Assembly: GCF_006345805.1 (NCBI RefSeq) | Contig: NW_021835283.1 | Location: forward strand, 1-41,286 | Source: Octopus sinensis | Taxonomy: Eukaryota | Reading direction: 5' to 3' | DNA length: 41,286 nt | Shown: piece by piece, positions 22,930 to 35,339 of the stretch | Layout of the letters: each line of letters opens with the position of its first letter | Numbering within the stretch: the first letter of the stretch is position 1 | Translations under genes and position numbers: made by a program | The notes under the pieces: model-generated | Seen by the model: the letters and a program-made list of their open reading frames with translations, nothing else | What the model was told of the DNA's origin: nothing | The model's database searches: none

Positions 22930-23150
22930 TATATATCCATCAAGCCAAGTGAAATGGTAGTCGTGATAGATACTGGTGTCACCCAACTGGCATATAAAAG
23001 CACCCATTACATTCTTGGAGTGGTTGGCATGTTAGGAAGGGCATCCAGCCACAGAAACCATGCAAATTCAGACTGGAGTCTGGTGCAGCCCCTCAAACTG
23101 TCCAACCCATGCCACTATGGATGATGATGATGATGATGATGATGATGGTG
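22930..23150 (+). mobile_element. SINE family 'M'
   Basis: GGAGTGGTTGGCATGTTAGGAAGGGCATCCAGC...CCAACCCATGCC, then an (ATG)n tail. Confidence 0.85.
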
Positions 23151-23177
23151 ATGATATATTATATATACACACACACA

Positions 23178-24027
23178 CAGGGTGTGGTGAACAAACTGTC
23201 GTCTAAATTACGCAAAAATGAAAATAACACTGACATCTCATTTCAACAGATTTACTAAAATTACATAAAAATATCTTGAAATACTAAAGAGTAAATTTAT
23301 TCAATAAAATCGCCATTGGCTTCAACCATGGCCTCCAGACGACTTCAGAATCTCCTGCAACTCTTCTTGACGGTCTCCTTGTTTAAGTTGGTGAATGCTG
23401 CCATAATCCTTGCCTTCAGTTCATCTTTGGTGTTACAAGGAGTTTTGTTGGTCTCTCACTCGACTGTGCCTCACACATAATAATCAAGGGGGTTGCAGTC
23501 TGGGGAGTTAGGTGCCCAGGTGTTAGGGGCGATGTGATCGCAAAAATTGTCTGACAGCCATGACTGGGCTCTCCTGCTTGTGTGGAATGGTGCAGAGTCC
23601 TGTTGCCAGACATAGGGTCTTTCCAGCTGTCACCTTCTTGACCCAGGGCAGCACTACCTCCTCCAGGCACTTGATGTAGGCCTCCGTGTTGAGTCTGAGG
23701 CCGTGTGGGAAAATGAATGGAGTCACAATGTCACCATCACTAGTGATCACTCCAAACACCACGATGCAGACTGGATGTTTGATTTTCATCATTCTCAGTA
23801 CATGTCTTCAGATTAACACCTAAACACTATTGGAGCTTCTGGCGTGATTGCCAAGCAGTACAGCATGTCATTTCCAAATTTCTGGCAGAATTGCATCAGG
23901 TAGTTTTCTTCACAGATGGTGCCCAGCTGACCCTACTATACTGTGTAATCGACAAAATCAAAAACAAACAATGCGCATGTGCGAAATTAAAAATATAAAA
24001 CGGCGACAATTTACCCATTGCACCCTG
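23178..24027 (-). mobile_element. Internally deleted Tc1/mariner transposon, DD37D (maT-like) transposase remnant
   Basis: Imperfect TIRs CAGGGTGTGGTGAACAAACTGTCG and CGACAATTTACCCATTGCACCCTG|TA. Minus strand encodes VVFGVITSDG...YVWQQDSAP...WAPNSPDCNPLDYY with 37 residues between the last two catalytic Asp. One frameshift and several stops. Confidence 0.92.
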
Positions 24028-24103
24028 TATATATATATTTTATCTTTTTTTTTTTTTTTATCTAGTTTCAGCTCACGAGCTGTGGCCATGCTGGGGCACC
24101 GCC

Positions 24104-24139
<36 letters not shown>

Positions 24140-24519
24140 CTGAACTTATTGTATCATATTACTCTTTCATGTACATTGTTTTGTTCTATATTATTATGTT
24201 TGACCTTAATGTTCATATGTAGTGGTTTAATAAATTATGTGATTGAGTATTATCTGGTAGTTGATCATTGATTAAGATGTGTTTCTCCATTTTCTTATTT
24301 TGTATATATATATATGCATATTTTTTTATACAAACATACATATTATAGATGTACATATATGTACATAGTCATACACACACATACATACATACACAAATAC
24401 ATACATATTTATACATAGATACATACATCCAACATTATAAGAGATGAATATGAGAGAGAATAATTAATATTAGGTAAGCAGAGGTGACATAAAAATTTTA
24501 TAGCAATCTTTATAATCAT

Positions 24520-24559
<40 letters not shown>

Positions 24560-24563
<4 letters not shown>

Positions 24564-24745
24564 AGAGTTTACAAAAAAAACAACAAAAGACGAAGATGGG
24601 TGGTGTACAAAACAAACAGATGTATTAGTATAACGCTCAGGAATAGAAAAAGTCTTTTACGTTTCGAGCCTACGCTCTTCTACAGAAAGGGACACAGAAA
24701 AAACAAGGAGAGAAAAAAATGTGTGTAGTGGCTAACGATCTATCA
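24560..24745 (-). mobile_element. Second copy of the hammerhead-bearing Penelope-like element (motif at 24654-24689)
   Basis: CTTT-CTGTAGA-A-GAGC-GTAG-GCTC-GAAAC-GTA-AAAG. The flanking sequence matches 7870-8012. Confidence 0.7.
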
Positions 24746-24924
24746 TGATATATATAATCTCACAGACACATATGCACATGTATGTATATCCCACAATCAC
24801 TACAATGTGTGTGCGTGTGTGTGTGTGGTGTGTGTGTGTTGCATGCACGCACGTGTGCATGTATATATATATATATGTACATATACAGTCGTATTTAACA
24901 TTTTCACCGATCAACAGAAGAGCT

Positions 24925-25180
24925 TGTTTCTATGAGAGTCCTTCTGGCTGATGGACATGTTGGGCGGCACCATTAATGGCTCGTCCTGAAGCACATCGAG
25001 CGTACGGTTATGGTACAGGGAACAGAGGAAGAACAAAGTTCTTGGATCTCTGCGGAGGAAATAACCGAATCATTTGCAACAGTGACTTCTGGAATCTGCT
25101 CGACCACGGCATCATCGACCAATCAGGTGGACATGCAAAGCCTGGGAGACATCAAAGAGAGTTTGCTCTGAGAATTTGGT
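24925..25180 (+). pseudogene. Remnant of an RTE-clade LINE apurinic endonuclease domain
   Basis: RVLLADGHVGR, then a frameshift, then HRAYGYGTGNRGRTKFLDLCGGNNRIICNSDFWNLLDHGIIDQSGGHA. This resembles the RTE pattern GDFNGHVG...GYGxRNxEGxxLLxFC...ICNTxF...LITYxSG. Confidence 0.7.
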
Positions 25181-25314
25181 AGAATCCGGTCTCAGCAGCG
25201 GAAGTCAAAATGAAGGGAAGATGGAAGGTGTGAAAGAAGGAAAAAATAGAATAACATAAAGGGAATGGGAAGGAGGGAAGGATGAAAGATAGGAGGAATG
25301 AAGGAAAGAATAGT

Positions 25315-25735
25315 AGGCACAGGAGTGGCTGTGTGGTAAGTAGCTTGCTAACCAACCACATGGTTCCGGGTTCAGTCCCACTGCGTGGCATCTTGGGCAA
25401 GTGTCTTCTGCTATAGCCCCGGGTCGACCAATGCCTTGTGAGTGGATTTGGTAGACGGAAACTGAAAGAAGCCTGTCGTATATATGTATATATATATATA
25501 TGGATATGTGTGTGTGTTTGTGTGTCTGTGTTTGTTCCCCTAGCATTGCTTGACAACCGATGCTGGTGTGTTTACGTCCCTGTCACTTAGCGGTTCGGCA
25601 AAAAGAGACCGATAGAATAAGTACTGGGCTTACAAAAAGAATAAGTCCCGGGGTCGAGTTGCTCGACTAAAGGCGGTGCTCCAGCATGGCTGCAGTCAAA
25701 TGACTGAAACAAGTAAAAGAGTAAAAGAGTAAAGA
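25315..25735 (+). mobile_element. Full-length CORE-type tRNA-derived SINE
   Basis: tRNA-like head, then CORE-like GTGGCATCTTGGGCAAGTGTCTT, an internal (TA)/(TG) spacer and the tail CAAGTAAAAGAGTAAAAGAGTA. Confidence 0.92.
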
Positions 25736-26400
25736 GAATAAAATGAAGGAAGGAAGGAAGGAAGGAAGGAAGATTGAATGAGAGAATGAATGAGAGAGAG
25801 ATAGACAGGAAGAGAGTGAAAGAGAGAGAGACCAAATGAATGAGAGACAAATAGAATGAAAGTGAGAGTGATAGATAGAATGAGAGACAGAGATAAGCAG
25901 AATGAAAGAGATGTAGGGAACTTGAATGAAAAAGCCCAGATGAACGAAACTTAGAATGAAAGATAGAAAGTGTAAATGAGTAAAAGAGCCAGAATGAAAG
26001 AAAGTCAAGATGTATGAAAGAGATAGAGTTAATGAAATGATAGAATGAATAAATGAATGAAAGACCAAGGGAAAGAAACAGAAAGATAGAAAATGAAAGA
26101 GAGAAAAGAAAACAGCAAGATATGGGTGACAAAGAATCCAAAGAGGAGAGTGAAGGAAATTATAAATATAGAGAGGGAAAGAGTGGGGGAGAGAAAGAAA
26201 GAGGAGAGGGGGGAATGATTGACAGAGAAAAGAGATAGAAGTGAGAAAGAGAGAGAGAGAGAGGGGAAGAGAGAGGGAGGGAGGGAGACGGGGGGGGTGA
26301 AAGACAGATGGAAAGAGAAAAGCGAAAAAAAAAACAGATGTCAATAGGTTTAGGGGGGGAGGGGTGACGTGCGAGGGTTGGGGTGGAGAAAGATGAAATA
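25736..26400. repeat. GA-rich low-complexity tract
   Basis: Direct reading. Confidence 0.9.
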
Positions 26401-26447
26401 AATAATTAATTAAATGATTAATTCAATGAATGATTAATTGATCATAT

Positions 26448-26478
<31 letters not shown>

Positions 26479-27189
26479 CACACACATATATTTATATATC
26501 TAAACACAGAAATATATACATAATATATTTATTCATATATATGCATATCCATATTGATATATAAGTATATATATATATATACACATACACACACACACAC
26601 ACACATATATATATATGCACACACACATTTATATATAAATATATCCATATATCCATTACATATACATACATGAATACAAACATACATATAAATACATATA
26701 ACTATATATATGCCTATATTTACATATATATTACACACATACATATAATATATATATATATATATATAAATACACACACATATGCATCTATATGTGCGTG
26801 TACAAGTGAGTGTGTGCGCACACACATGGATATGTGTGAATGAATGTATACAGCTTATTAAACCTAAGTCTACTCCCTACACTTCACAACCACCATCACA
26901 ATACCACCACCACCACAATACCACCACCACCACCACCACCATTTACAACAAAAGCAACAATAATATTCCAAAGACGGAATTTCAACATGATCCTTTCCCG
27001 AAGACGGTCGGACAAAGGAGTGGTTTTTTTTTCTTAGGGGGACTTAACTTAGCTGCTATATCTAGCAGGTCGAGTAACCGCATAGAGACTAACTCACTTG
27101 CTTCTTAAGGGCATGATGATGGTGGTAGCAGTGGTGGTGATTCATTGGTCAACAAGGACAAATGACCTTTTGTGTATGAATATTGGAAT

Positions 27190-27192
27190 ATG

Positions 27193-27227
<35 letters not shown>

Positions 27228-27440
27228 GTGCTGGTGGAGATGATGATGATGATGGAGATGATGATGATGATGATGGAGATGATGATGATGATGATGGAGA
27301 TGATGATGATGATGATGGAGATGATGATGATGATGATGGAGATGATGATGATGATGATGGAGATGATGATGATGATGGAGATGATGATGATGATGATGGT
27401 GGTGATGATGATGATGGTGGTGGTGATGGTGATGATGGTA
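27190..27440. repeat. (GAT)n with a roughly 21-bp GGA(GAT)n periodicity
   Basis: GGAGATGATGATGATGATGAT repeated about 8 times. Confidence 0.9.
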
Positions 27441-28551
27441 ATGGCTAGTTACTATGGCGATGGTATTGATGAAAATATGAAAGCAGTGAGGATGATGAGG
27501 GTGATGAAAGTGGTGGTGGGGTGGCAGTGGTGCTGGTGGTGAAAATGGTGGCAATGGTAGTGGTGGTAGTAACAGTGATGGTGGTAGTTGTGATGGTAGT
27601 AGTGGTGATGTGATGGTGGTGGTGGTGGTGGTGGTGGCAGTGACGGTGGCACTGATGGTATTGGTGGATGCTGGCAGCATGACAAACCAGAAACTAGTCA
27701 TGAAAATTCAATAGAGCTGAAAAACTACCACCACCACCACCACCACACCACTACCACCACCACCACTACTACCACCACTACTGCAACAGCCACCAGCCTC
27801 ACCTCCACTTTCACCCCCCCCCCACCATCACTGCCACCACAACCATCATTGTCATTATCACTGAGGTCAACATTGCTTTTCATCCTTTCAGGGTCGACTA
27901 AAGGCGGTGCTCCAGTATGGCCGCAATCAAATGACAGAAACAAGTAAAAGAGTAATATATATATATATCTGCCAAAAAGCATAGGCTCCAAACCTCAAAG
28001 TCTTTTCCATTCTTCCTGCACATCAAACTAATACACCTGCTTACTGTTTCCATCCCGGTTTCTCTCTTTTCTTTTCTGTACATTTGGACCTTGCGTGTGT
28101 GTGTGTGTGTGTGTGAGATGTGTGTGCATGTGTGTGCATGTCCATGCATGTGTGCATGTCCATGTCACAACAAACAGCACCCTTAGGACATTCCATCAGC
28201 CCCAGTTGCACAGAGATATTCTAAAACCTCAAAACAGGATTCAAAAATCCCTTACTGCACCTACGAGGCCTTGGAGGTATACCAATTGCACCCATCTTGG
28301 CTCTACCCCAAAAAACACCATATTCTTGTTTCTTTCTGCCACCCATTGTGACCCTTCTGCTGTCACCCCACCACCACCACCACCATCTCTCTCTCTCCTC
28401 TCTACTCCCTTCTTCGATCATCTGAGTTAAATTAGCCATCTTAGGTCACAGAGTACTCTGTTAGCCATGACCAGCACAGGATAGGGTGGGGCTGCATTGT
28501 GCAGTGTACAAGCCACCCTCGTCCCACCCTGTGCTAGTGCCATGAAAAATA

Positions 28552-28715
28552 CCGTATTTTAACATGTATAAGGAACCCCCTAATTTTTTATGCTTAAAAT
28601 TTGAAAAAAACAGGTTTTATAAGGGATTATAATATTATCCATGTACAAGAAACTCCCATATTTTTTAAACCTAATTTTTGACAAAAAGGGTTTCCTTACA
28701 CATGCTAAAATATGG
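28552..28715. mobile_element. 164-bp Tc1/mariner MITE (Tc2/Kanga-like termini)
   Basis: TA|CCGTATTTTAACATGTATAAGGAACCCC ... GGGTTTCCTTACACATGCTAAAATATGG|TA. Confidence 0.85.
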
Positions 28716-28989
28716 TATATTGAGTACACAGTGTAAAATGGATGGCAAAGAAGCAGAGAAAGAGATAGCTTTAGTGCGGTCTGGCTGAGGATTTATCAAC
28801 CTCTCTGGTGCTGGTGCCATGAGAAAATGTACTGAGTCCACTTTGTATAATGGTTGGTGACAGGAAGGGCATCCAGCCAGGGAAGGCAAACCAAATCATA
28901 CATACAGGCAGTAGTCGATGAGAACGGTGGCTTCTTGATAAAAACTGGCTCAGATGACTACGATGGCTCAACTAAGCCATGACAGTATG

Positions 28990-29010
28990 GGAAACAAAGT
29001 GATGGGGGAC

Positions 29011-29042
<32 letters not shown>

Positions 29043-29590
29043 GGTGGTGATGGTGGTGATGATGATGATGAACATGGTGGTTGTGGAGTGGGGAAGGGGG
29101 GGCTGGGATGATGGTGAAGGTGATGAGTCATTAGGCAACAAAGACAAATGACATTTTGTGGAGGAACATGCAATATGTGGTGGTGATGGTGATGACGATG
29201 ATGGTGTTGGTGGTGGTGGTGGCGGTGGTGTTGCTACTGGTGCTGGTGATGGTAATGAGGACAACAATAATGACAATGCCAATGATGGTGATGGTCATGA
29301 TGATGACGATGACGATGATGGTGATGGTGGCAGTGGTGCTGATGGTATTGGTGATGGTGATGATGGTGGTGGTGGTGGTGGTGGTGGTGGTGGTGGTGGT
29401 GGTAGTGATGATGATGATGGATGATGGTGGTGCTTGTAATGAGGACAATGACAGTAATGATGATGCTGATGATGGTCAACATGATGATGATGATGATGAT
29501 GATGATAGCAATGATGGTGGTGGTGGTGGTGCTGATGGTACTGGTGACGACAATGATGATGATGGTGATAGTGGTGGTGGTGGTGGTGTT
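28990..29590. repeat. (GAT)n/(GGT)n compound microsatellite
   Basis: Direct reading. Confidence 0.93.
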
Positions 29591-29888
29591 GACACTTCAC
29601 AGCTTCTGAACTTATTGAACCCCATTAGGATGTCTCTCAGGGACTAGCAATTATAACCAATATAGATCAGCCGATAGTTTCACAGGAATTTTCTAGATTT
29701 CAACCTACGTCAACTTCCTCTGTTGGCTGAGAATAAAGCCCTCCCTACCCAGGCCCCCCAACAACCCATCGTGAGACACACAGTTCTTCTCCACTCTTAA
29801 CCAACTGGTCCTCGTGCATTTTGCACCCTTGACGAATGTCCAGGATCTGGTGTTCTCCAACCAGTTCTTTATCCATTTTCTTCCAATG

Positions 29889-30992
29889 GGGAGTCGGAAT
29901 CGTGGAGTCCAAGTTGGAAACAATTGAGGGGTAGCTGGAGGCAGAGTCAATTAAGGGGTAGCTGGAGTCAGAGTCAGAGTCAGAAACAATTAACAGGTAG
30001 CTGGAGTCAGGATTAGAGTCGGAAACAATTAAGGGGTAGCAGGAGTCAGAGTCAGAGTCGGAAGCAATTAAGGGGTAGCTGGAGTCAGGATTAGAGTCAG
30101 AAACAATTAAGGGGTAGCAGGAGTCAGAGTCCAAGTTGGAAACAATCAAGGGGTAGCTAGAGTCAGGGTTAGAGTCGGAAACAATTAAGGGGTAGCTGGA
30201 GTCAGGATTAGAGTCAGAAGCAATTAAGGGGTAGCTGGAGTCAGAGTCAGAGTCAGAAACAATTAAGGGATAGCTGGAGTCAGGATTAGAGTCGGAAACA
30301 ATTAAGGGGTAGCTGGAGTCAGAGTCAGAGTCAGAAACAATTAAGGGATAGCTGGAGTCAGGATTAGAGTCGGAAGCAATTAAGGGGTAGCTGGAGTCAG
30401 AGTCAGAGTCAGAAACAATTAAGGGGTAGCAGGAGTCAGAGTCAAAGTTGGAAACAATTAAGGGGTAGCTGGAGTCAGAGTCAGAAACAATTAAGGGGTA
30501 GCTAGAGTCAGGATTACAGTCAGAAGCAATTAAGGGGTAGCTGGAGTCAGGGTTAGAGTCAGAAGCAATTAAGGGGTAGCTGGAGTCAGAGTCAGAGTCA
30601 GAAACAATTAAGGGATAGCTGGAGTCAGGATTAGAGTCGGAAACAATTAAGGGGTAGCTGGAGTCAGAGTCAGAGTCAGAAACAATTAAGGGATAGCTGG
30701 AGTCAGGATTAGAGTCGGAAGCAATTAAGGGGTAGCTGGAGTCAGAGTCAGAGTCAGAAACAATTAAGGGGTAGCAGGAGTCAGAGTCAAAGTTGGAAAC
30801 AATTAAGGGGTAGCTAGAGTCAGGATTAGAGTCAGAAGCAATTAAGGGGTAGCTGGAGTCAGGGTTAGAGTCAGAAACAATTAAGGGGTAGCAGGAGTCA
30901 GAGTCAGAGTCAGTAAAATAGACCACAATCACTTAATTACATACAAGAGTCAGAGTCGGAGTCAAAGTTTTTTGTTTCGACTCCACAGCCCT
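29889..30992. mobile_element. GGAGTC-rich MITE-like element hosting a 39-bp array; right TIR-like end retained
   Basis: Right end CGACTCCACAGCCCT (30978-30992). Left end GGGGAGTCGGAATCGTGGAGTC matches only the inner part of its complement. No TSD found. Confidence 0.55.
29915..30913. repeat. 39-bp minisatellite, 26 units, with higher-order structure
   Basis: CAATT (once CAATC) at 29921, 29948, 29987 and then every 39 bp to 30878, with one 33-bp step at 30455-30488. Confidence 0.97.
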
Positions 30993-31239
30993 CGCTAATA
31001 CCATTGCAAATCTTTGTATGACAAAATGGCTGGCAGACATGAAATATGGAAAAACCAAGCAATGGGACGGACATAAGACACAAAGCTATTATCTCAGGGA
31101 CTTTTAAGGTGGTGAGATGCTTAGCAGCAAGCATCTGGCAAAGTCAACTTTTGGGATCCTTTCAGGATCGATAGAATAAGGACTCATCCTCTACAGCAGA
31201 AGTGTTAAGGCCACATCCCCTGCTGAAGGGGATTGGCCT

Positions 31240-31538
31240 GTGGGAGCCCTGTGCTGGTTCTACATCAAAAGCACTTCTGCCAGTGCCATGTAAAAGGGCT
31301 TGTGCTGGTGGCATGTAAAAAAGCACCCATTACACTTTTGGAGTGTACCCCTTAATTGCTTCTGACTCTAATCCTGACTCCAGCTACCCCTTAATTGTTT
31401 CTGATTCTGACTCTGCCTCCAGCTATTAGGAAGGGCATCCCAGCTGCTTAGAAACCCAGCCAAAATCAAATTCGAACCTGGTGCAGCTCCCCAGCTTTAG
31501 TGACACCATCAAACCCATGCCAGCAGGGAAAACGGATG

Positions 31539-31560
<22 letters not shown>
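31240..31560 (+). mobile_element. SINE family 'M' interrupted by an 80-bp inverted copy of the neighbouring minisatellite
   Basis: ACACTTTTGGAGTG|insert 31346-31425|TTAGGAAGGGCATCC, whereas intact copies read GGAGTGGTTGGCGTTAGGAAGGGCATCC. Confidence 0.85.
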
Positions 31561-31570
<10 letters not shown>

Positions 31571-31770
31571 GGTGATGATGAGGAAGAGGAGGACGACGAT
31601 GATGACAACGACTAGGGGTCAATGGTACTGACTTAGCCTCTCCCCCAAATTGCCAGCCTTGAGCCAAAATTTGAAAGCCTAATCTCAGGGTAAAGGTTTC
31701 AAACACAGCTCTTAACACTACTACTACCACTATTATTATTACCACTACAACTACTACAAACACTACCACC

Positions 31771-31823
<53 letters not shown>

Positions 31824-32244
31824 TTCTGCAGCTCCTGTTGCTACCTCTAATAACTGCAGGTGTTGGTACAACTTCTACCTTCAATAGTACCATCACCACT
31901 ACCACTGTTGCACACACACACACACACAGTACATAACACACACACACACATAACGCACGCACATACATAAGTGCAATACAACCGCAAACACCTTGCACCA
32001 TACACACACACACATATATACAAATATGATACTCACAAACATACATATACACGCATTCACGCATGCAATACCACAAACACACAAATACATACACATACAC
32101 ACACATCATCGATAAGCTGAGCTTGTTTGGACGTTTTTAACCCTTGCCCCATCGTCCACTTTGGTCCTGCATTAGTTGAGGGGGGGCGGGTCTTTAAGGA
32201 GGCATCCAGGGTCTAGGGTGAGTTGATCTACATATGATGGGCTC

Positions 32245-33580
32245 CATCCAAACACACACACGCACACGTGCGCATGCACACACATATTATGCAAAATACA
32301 TGCACACTTTGACACACCACACACATACACACACAAGCACGAATACAAATCACATACACACACAGACATATACACCACACAAATACACACACGCATACAC
32401 GGCAATACACACACACACACACACACAGAAATACACATACACACACAAATGCAAACCACATACACAACTGACATATACACCACACAAATACACCCACGAT
32501 ACACGGCATACCACACACAACACACACCACAGAAATACACATACACACACAAATGCAAACCACATACACACACTGACATATACACCACACAAATACACCC
32601 ACGCATACACGGCAATACACACACAACACACACACACAGAAATACACATACACACACAATGCAAACCACATACACACACAGACATATACACCACACAAAT
32701 ACACACACACTACACGGCAATACACACACACACACACACACAGAAATACACATACACACACAAATGCAAACCACATACACACACAGACATATAACCACAA
32801 AAATACACACACACATACACTGCAATACACACATACACACACAAATGCAAACCACATACACACACTGACATATACACCACACAAATACACACGCATACAC
32901 GGCAATACACACACACACACACACACAGAAATACACATACACACACAAATGCAAACCACATACACACACAGACATATACACCACACAAATACACACACGC
33001 ATACACGGCAATACACACACACACACACACACAGAAATACACATACACACACAAATGCAAACCACATACACACACTGACATATACACCACACAAATACAC
33101 ACACGCATACACGGCAATACACACACACACACACACACAGAAATACACATACACACACAAATGCAAACCACATACACACACTGACATATACACCACACAA
33201 ATACACACACACATACACTGCAATACACACATACACACACAAATGCAAACCACATACACACACTGACATATACACCACACAAATACACACACGCATACAC
33301 GGCAATACACACACACACACAGAAATACACATACACACACAAATGCAAACCACATACACACACTGACATATACACCACACAAATACACACACACATACAC
33401 TGCAATACACACATACACACACAAATGCAAACCACATACACACACATATACACCACACAAATACACACACACACACACACACACAGAAATACACACACAC
33501 CCATACAAATGCAAACCACATACACACACATAGAGATACACACACACACAAAAACACACACTATATACACACACAGTACA
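32245..33580. repeat. (CA)-based compound minisatellite with about 80-107-bp higher-order units
   Basis: AATGCAAACCACATACAC recurs about 12 times, in long (CGGCAATAC...CAGAAATAC) and short (CTGCAATAC) unit types. Confidence 0.92.
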
Positions 33581-34112
33581 CAAGCACCAGGCAGATACAG
33601 CGTTTGTTGCACTCAGGGGTGGAGTTGTTTGTTGTGAATGGTAGGAAGGGGGAGGGGAGAAGGAGTGGAATTGAAGGAAGGAGGAGGAGCAGAAGGGAGA
33701 GATGAGAAGAGAAAGGAAACAACAGAGAGAGGGAAGGGGAGGACGTGACGGAACAGATAGAAAGTGAGAGAGAGAGAGGAGAGGAGAGATGATAGAATGG
33801 GAAAAAACAGAGAGAGGTGAGAAGAAAGAATGAGAGAGAGAGAGGAGATGATAGAATGGGGAAAACAGAGAGAGGTGAGAAGAAAGAGTGAGAGAGAGAG
33901 AGAGAGAGAGGTGGGGTTTTGAAAGCCCCCTGAGACCAAGCCAGAGAAATTCTTTCAAAGATGCCAGGAATACCTGCCATGTACTTGTTGAGAAAGTTTC
34001 ATGTGATGGTGATGGTGATGGTGTGGTGATGGTGGTGGTGGAGAGTGGTGGTGGAGAGCCATGGTGGTAAATAAAATAGATGGTTTCTAGGTAGCTTGAT
34101 AGCTTAAAGTTT

Positions 34113-34143
<31 letters not shown>

Positions 34144-34961
34144 CCACCACCAACCACCACCATCACCATCATCATCACCATCATCATCAGAATCCACACA
34201 GCCCTCTCAGCATCATCCTTATCATTATCATCAACTTAATCACCAAGACTCCCCAGCTGTTGCCCAGCCTCCCTCTCTCTCTCTCTCTCTCTCTCTCCCA
34301 CACACACTCTCTCACACACATACACTCTCTCTCTCACACACACACACACACACAAAAACACACACACACACACACACAACACACACACCACACACGAGTT
34401 ATACCACAGGATGTTTCCCCGAATATAACTTCTTATCTTTCGCTTGTTTCACTTATTAGACAATGGCCACGCTGGAGCACCACCTTCAAAGGTTGAGCCA
34501 AACAAATTGACACCGGTGCAAATTTTTTTCCTTTTTTTCTCGTACTTATTCTGTCACTCTCTTTTTTTTGCCAAACCTCTAAGTCATGGGGGTGCAAACA
34601 AACCAACACCGGTTGCCAAGCGGTTGGAGGTGGCAAATACAAAGACACATATATAAATATATACAGGGTTTCCGTCTGCCAAATCCACTCCCAAGCCTTT
34701 GGTTGGCCCTTTTTTATAGAATCATTTGTGCATTCTTTGTATTAAATGTATTTAATATTTTTCATGTATCAAGGCAGTGAACTGGCAGAAACGTTAGAAC
34801 GCCGGGCAAAATGCTTAGCAGTATTTCGTCTGCTGCTATGTTCTCAGTTCAAATTCCACTGAGGTCAACTTTGCCTTTCATCAGGCTTTGTGCCTAGAGT
34901 GAGAAAAAATTCTATTAAGAGGATACCAGTCTTTAATCTATCAACTATATATATATATATA

Positions 34962-35228
34962 GTGGAGGCACATGGCTTAGTGGTTAGAGCAGCACACTCG
35001 GGGTGGGGTCAAGAGATCGCAGGTTCAAATCTCAGACCAGGCAAAAGGTAATGCCGAACTTCTGCTGACTCTTTCGCCACAACTTTCTCTCATTCTTTCC
35101 TCCTGCATCTTGCAGCTCACCTGCAACGGACAGGCGTCCTGTCCAGGTGGGGAACCTATACGCCAAGGAAACCAGGAAACCGGCCCTTATGAGCCAGGTG
35201 TGGCTCAAGAAGGAACAAACAACAACAT
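34962..35228 (+). mobile_element. tRNA-head SINE with a V-domain-like core
   Basis: Head GTGGAGGCACATGGCTTAGTGGTTAG...GGTTCAAATC. Core CTGCAACGGACAGGCGTCCTGTCCAGG resembles the recalled V-SINE consensus. (AAC)n tail. Confidence 0.7.
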
Positions 35229-35339
35229 ATATATACAGTGCCCCAACATGGCCATGGCCCTTGAGCTGAAACTAGTAAAAGAGTATTATACACATTATAT
35301 AATCATTGGCTGAGTTCCTTTCAAGCGTTGGGCCCTAGG

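Noticed and set aside
26975-27025. Minus-strand CPTVFGKG as the missing Rho switch I exon
   Set aside because: It has only a four-residue match (PTVF), no DNY, no P-loop upstream, no donor site, and a stop follows.
27098-27701. Poly-Asp, poly-His and poly-Met ORFs (similar ones at 29131-29647)
   Set aside because: Trinucleotide microsatellites are open in several frames.
29745-30932. 395-aa Ser/Asp-rich protein resembling dentin sialophosphoprotein or Sdr proteins
   Set aside because: It is the translation of a 39-bp array inside a MITE-like element, with no splice or signal-peptide support.
32172-34153. 461-641-aa Cys/Val-rich ORFs resembling keratin-associated proteins
   Set aside because: Translation of a (TG)n-based repeat.
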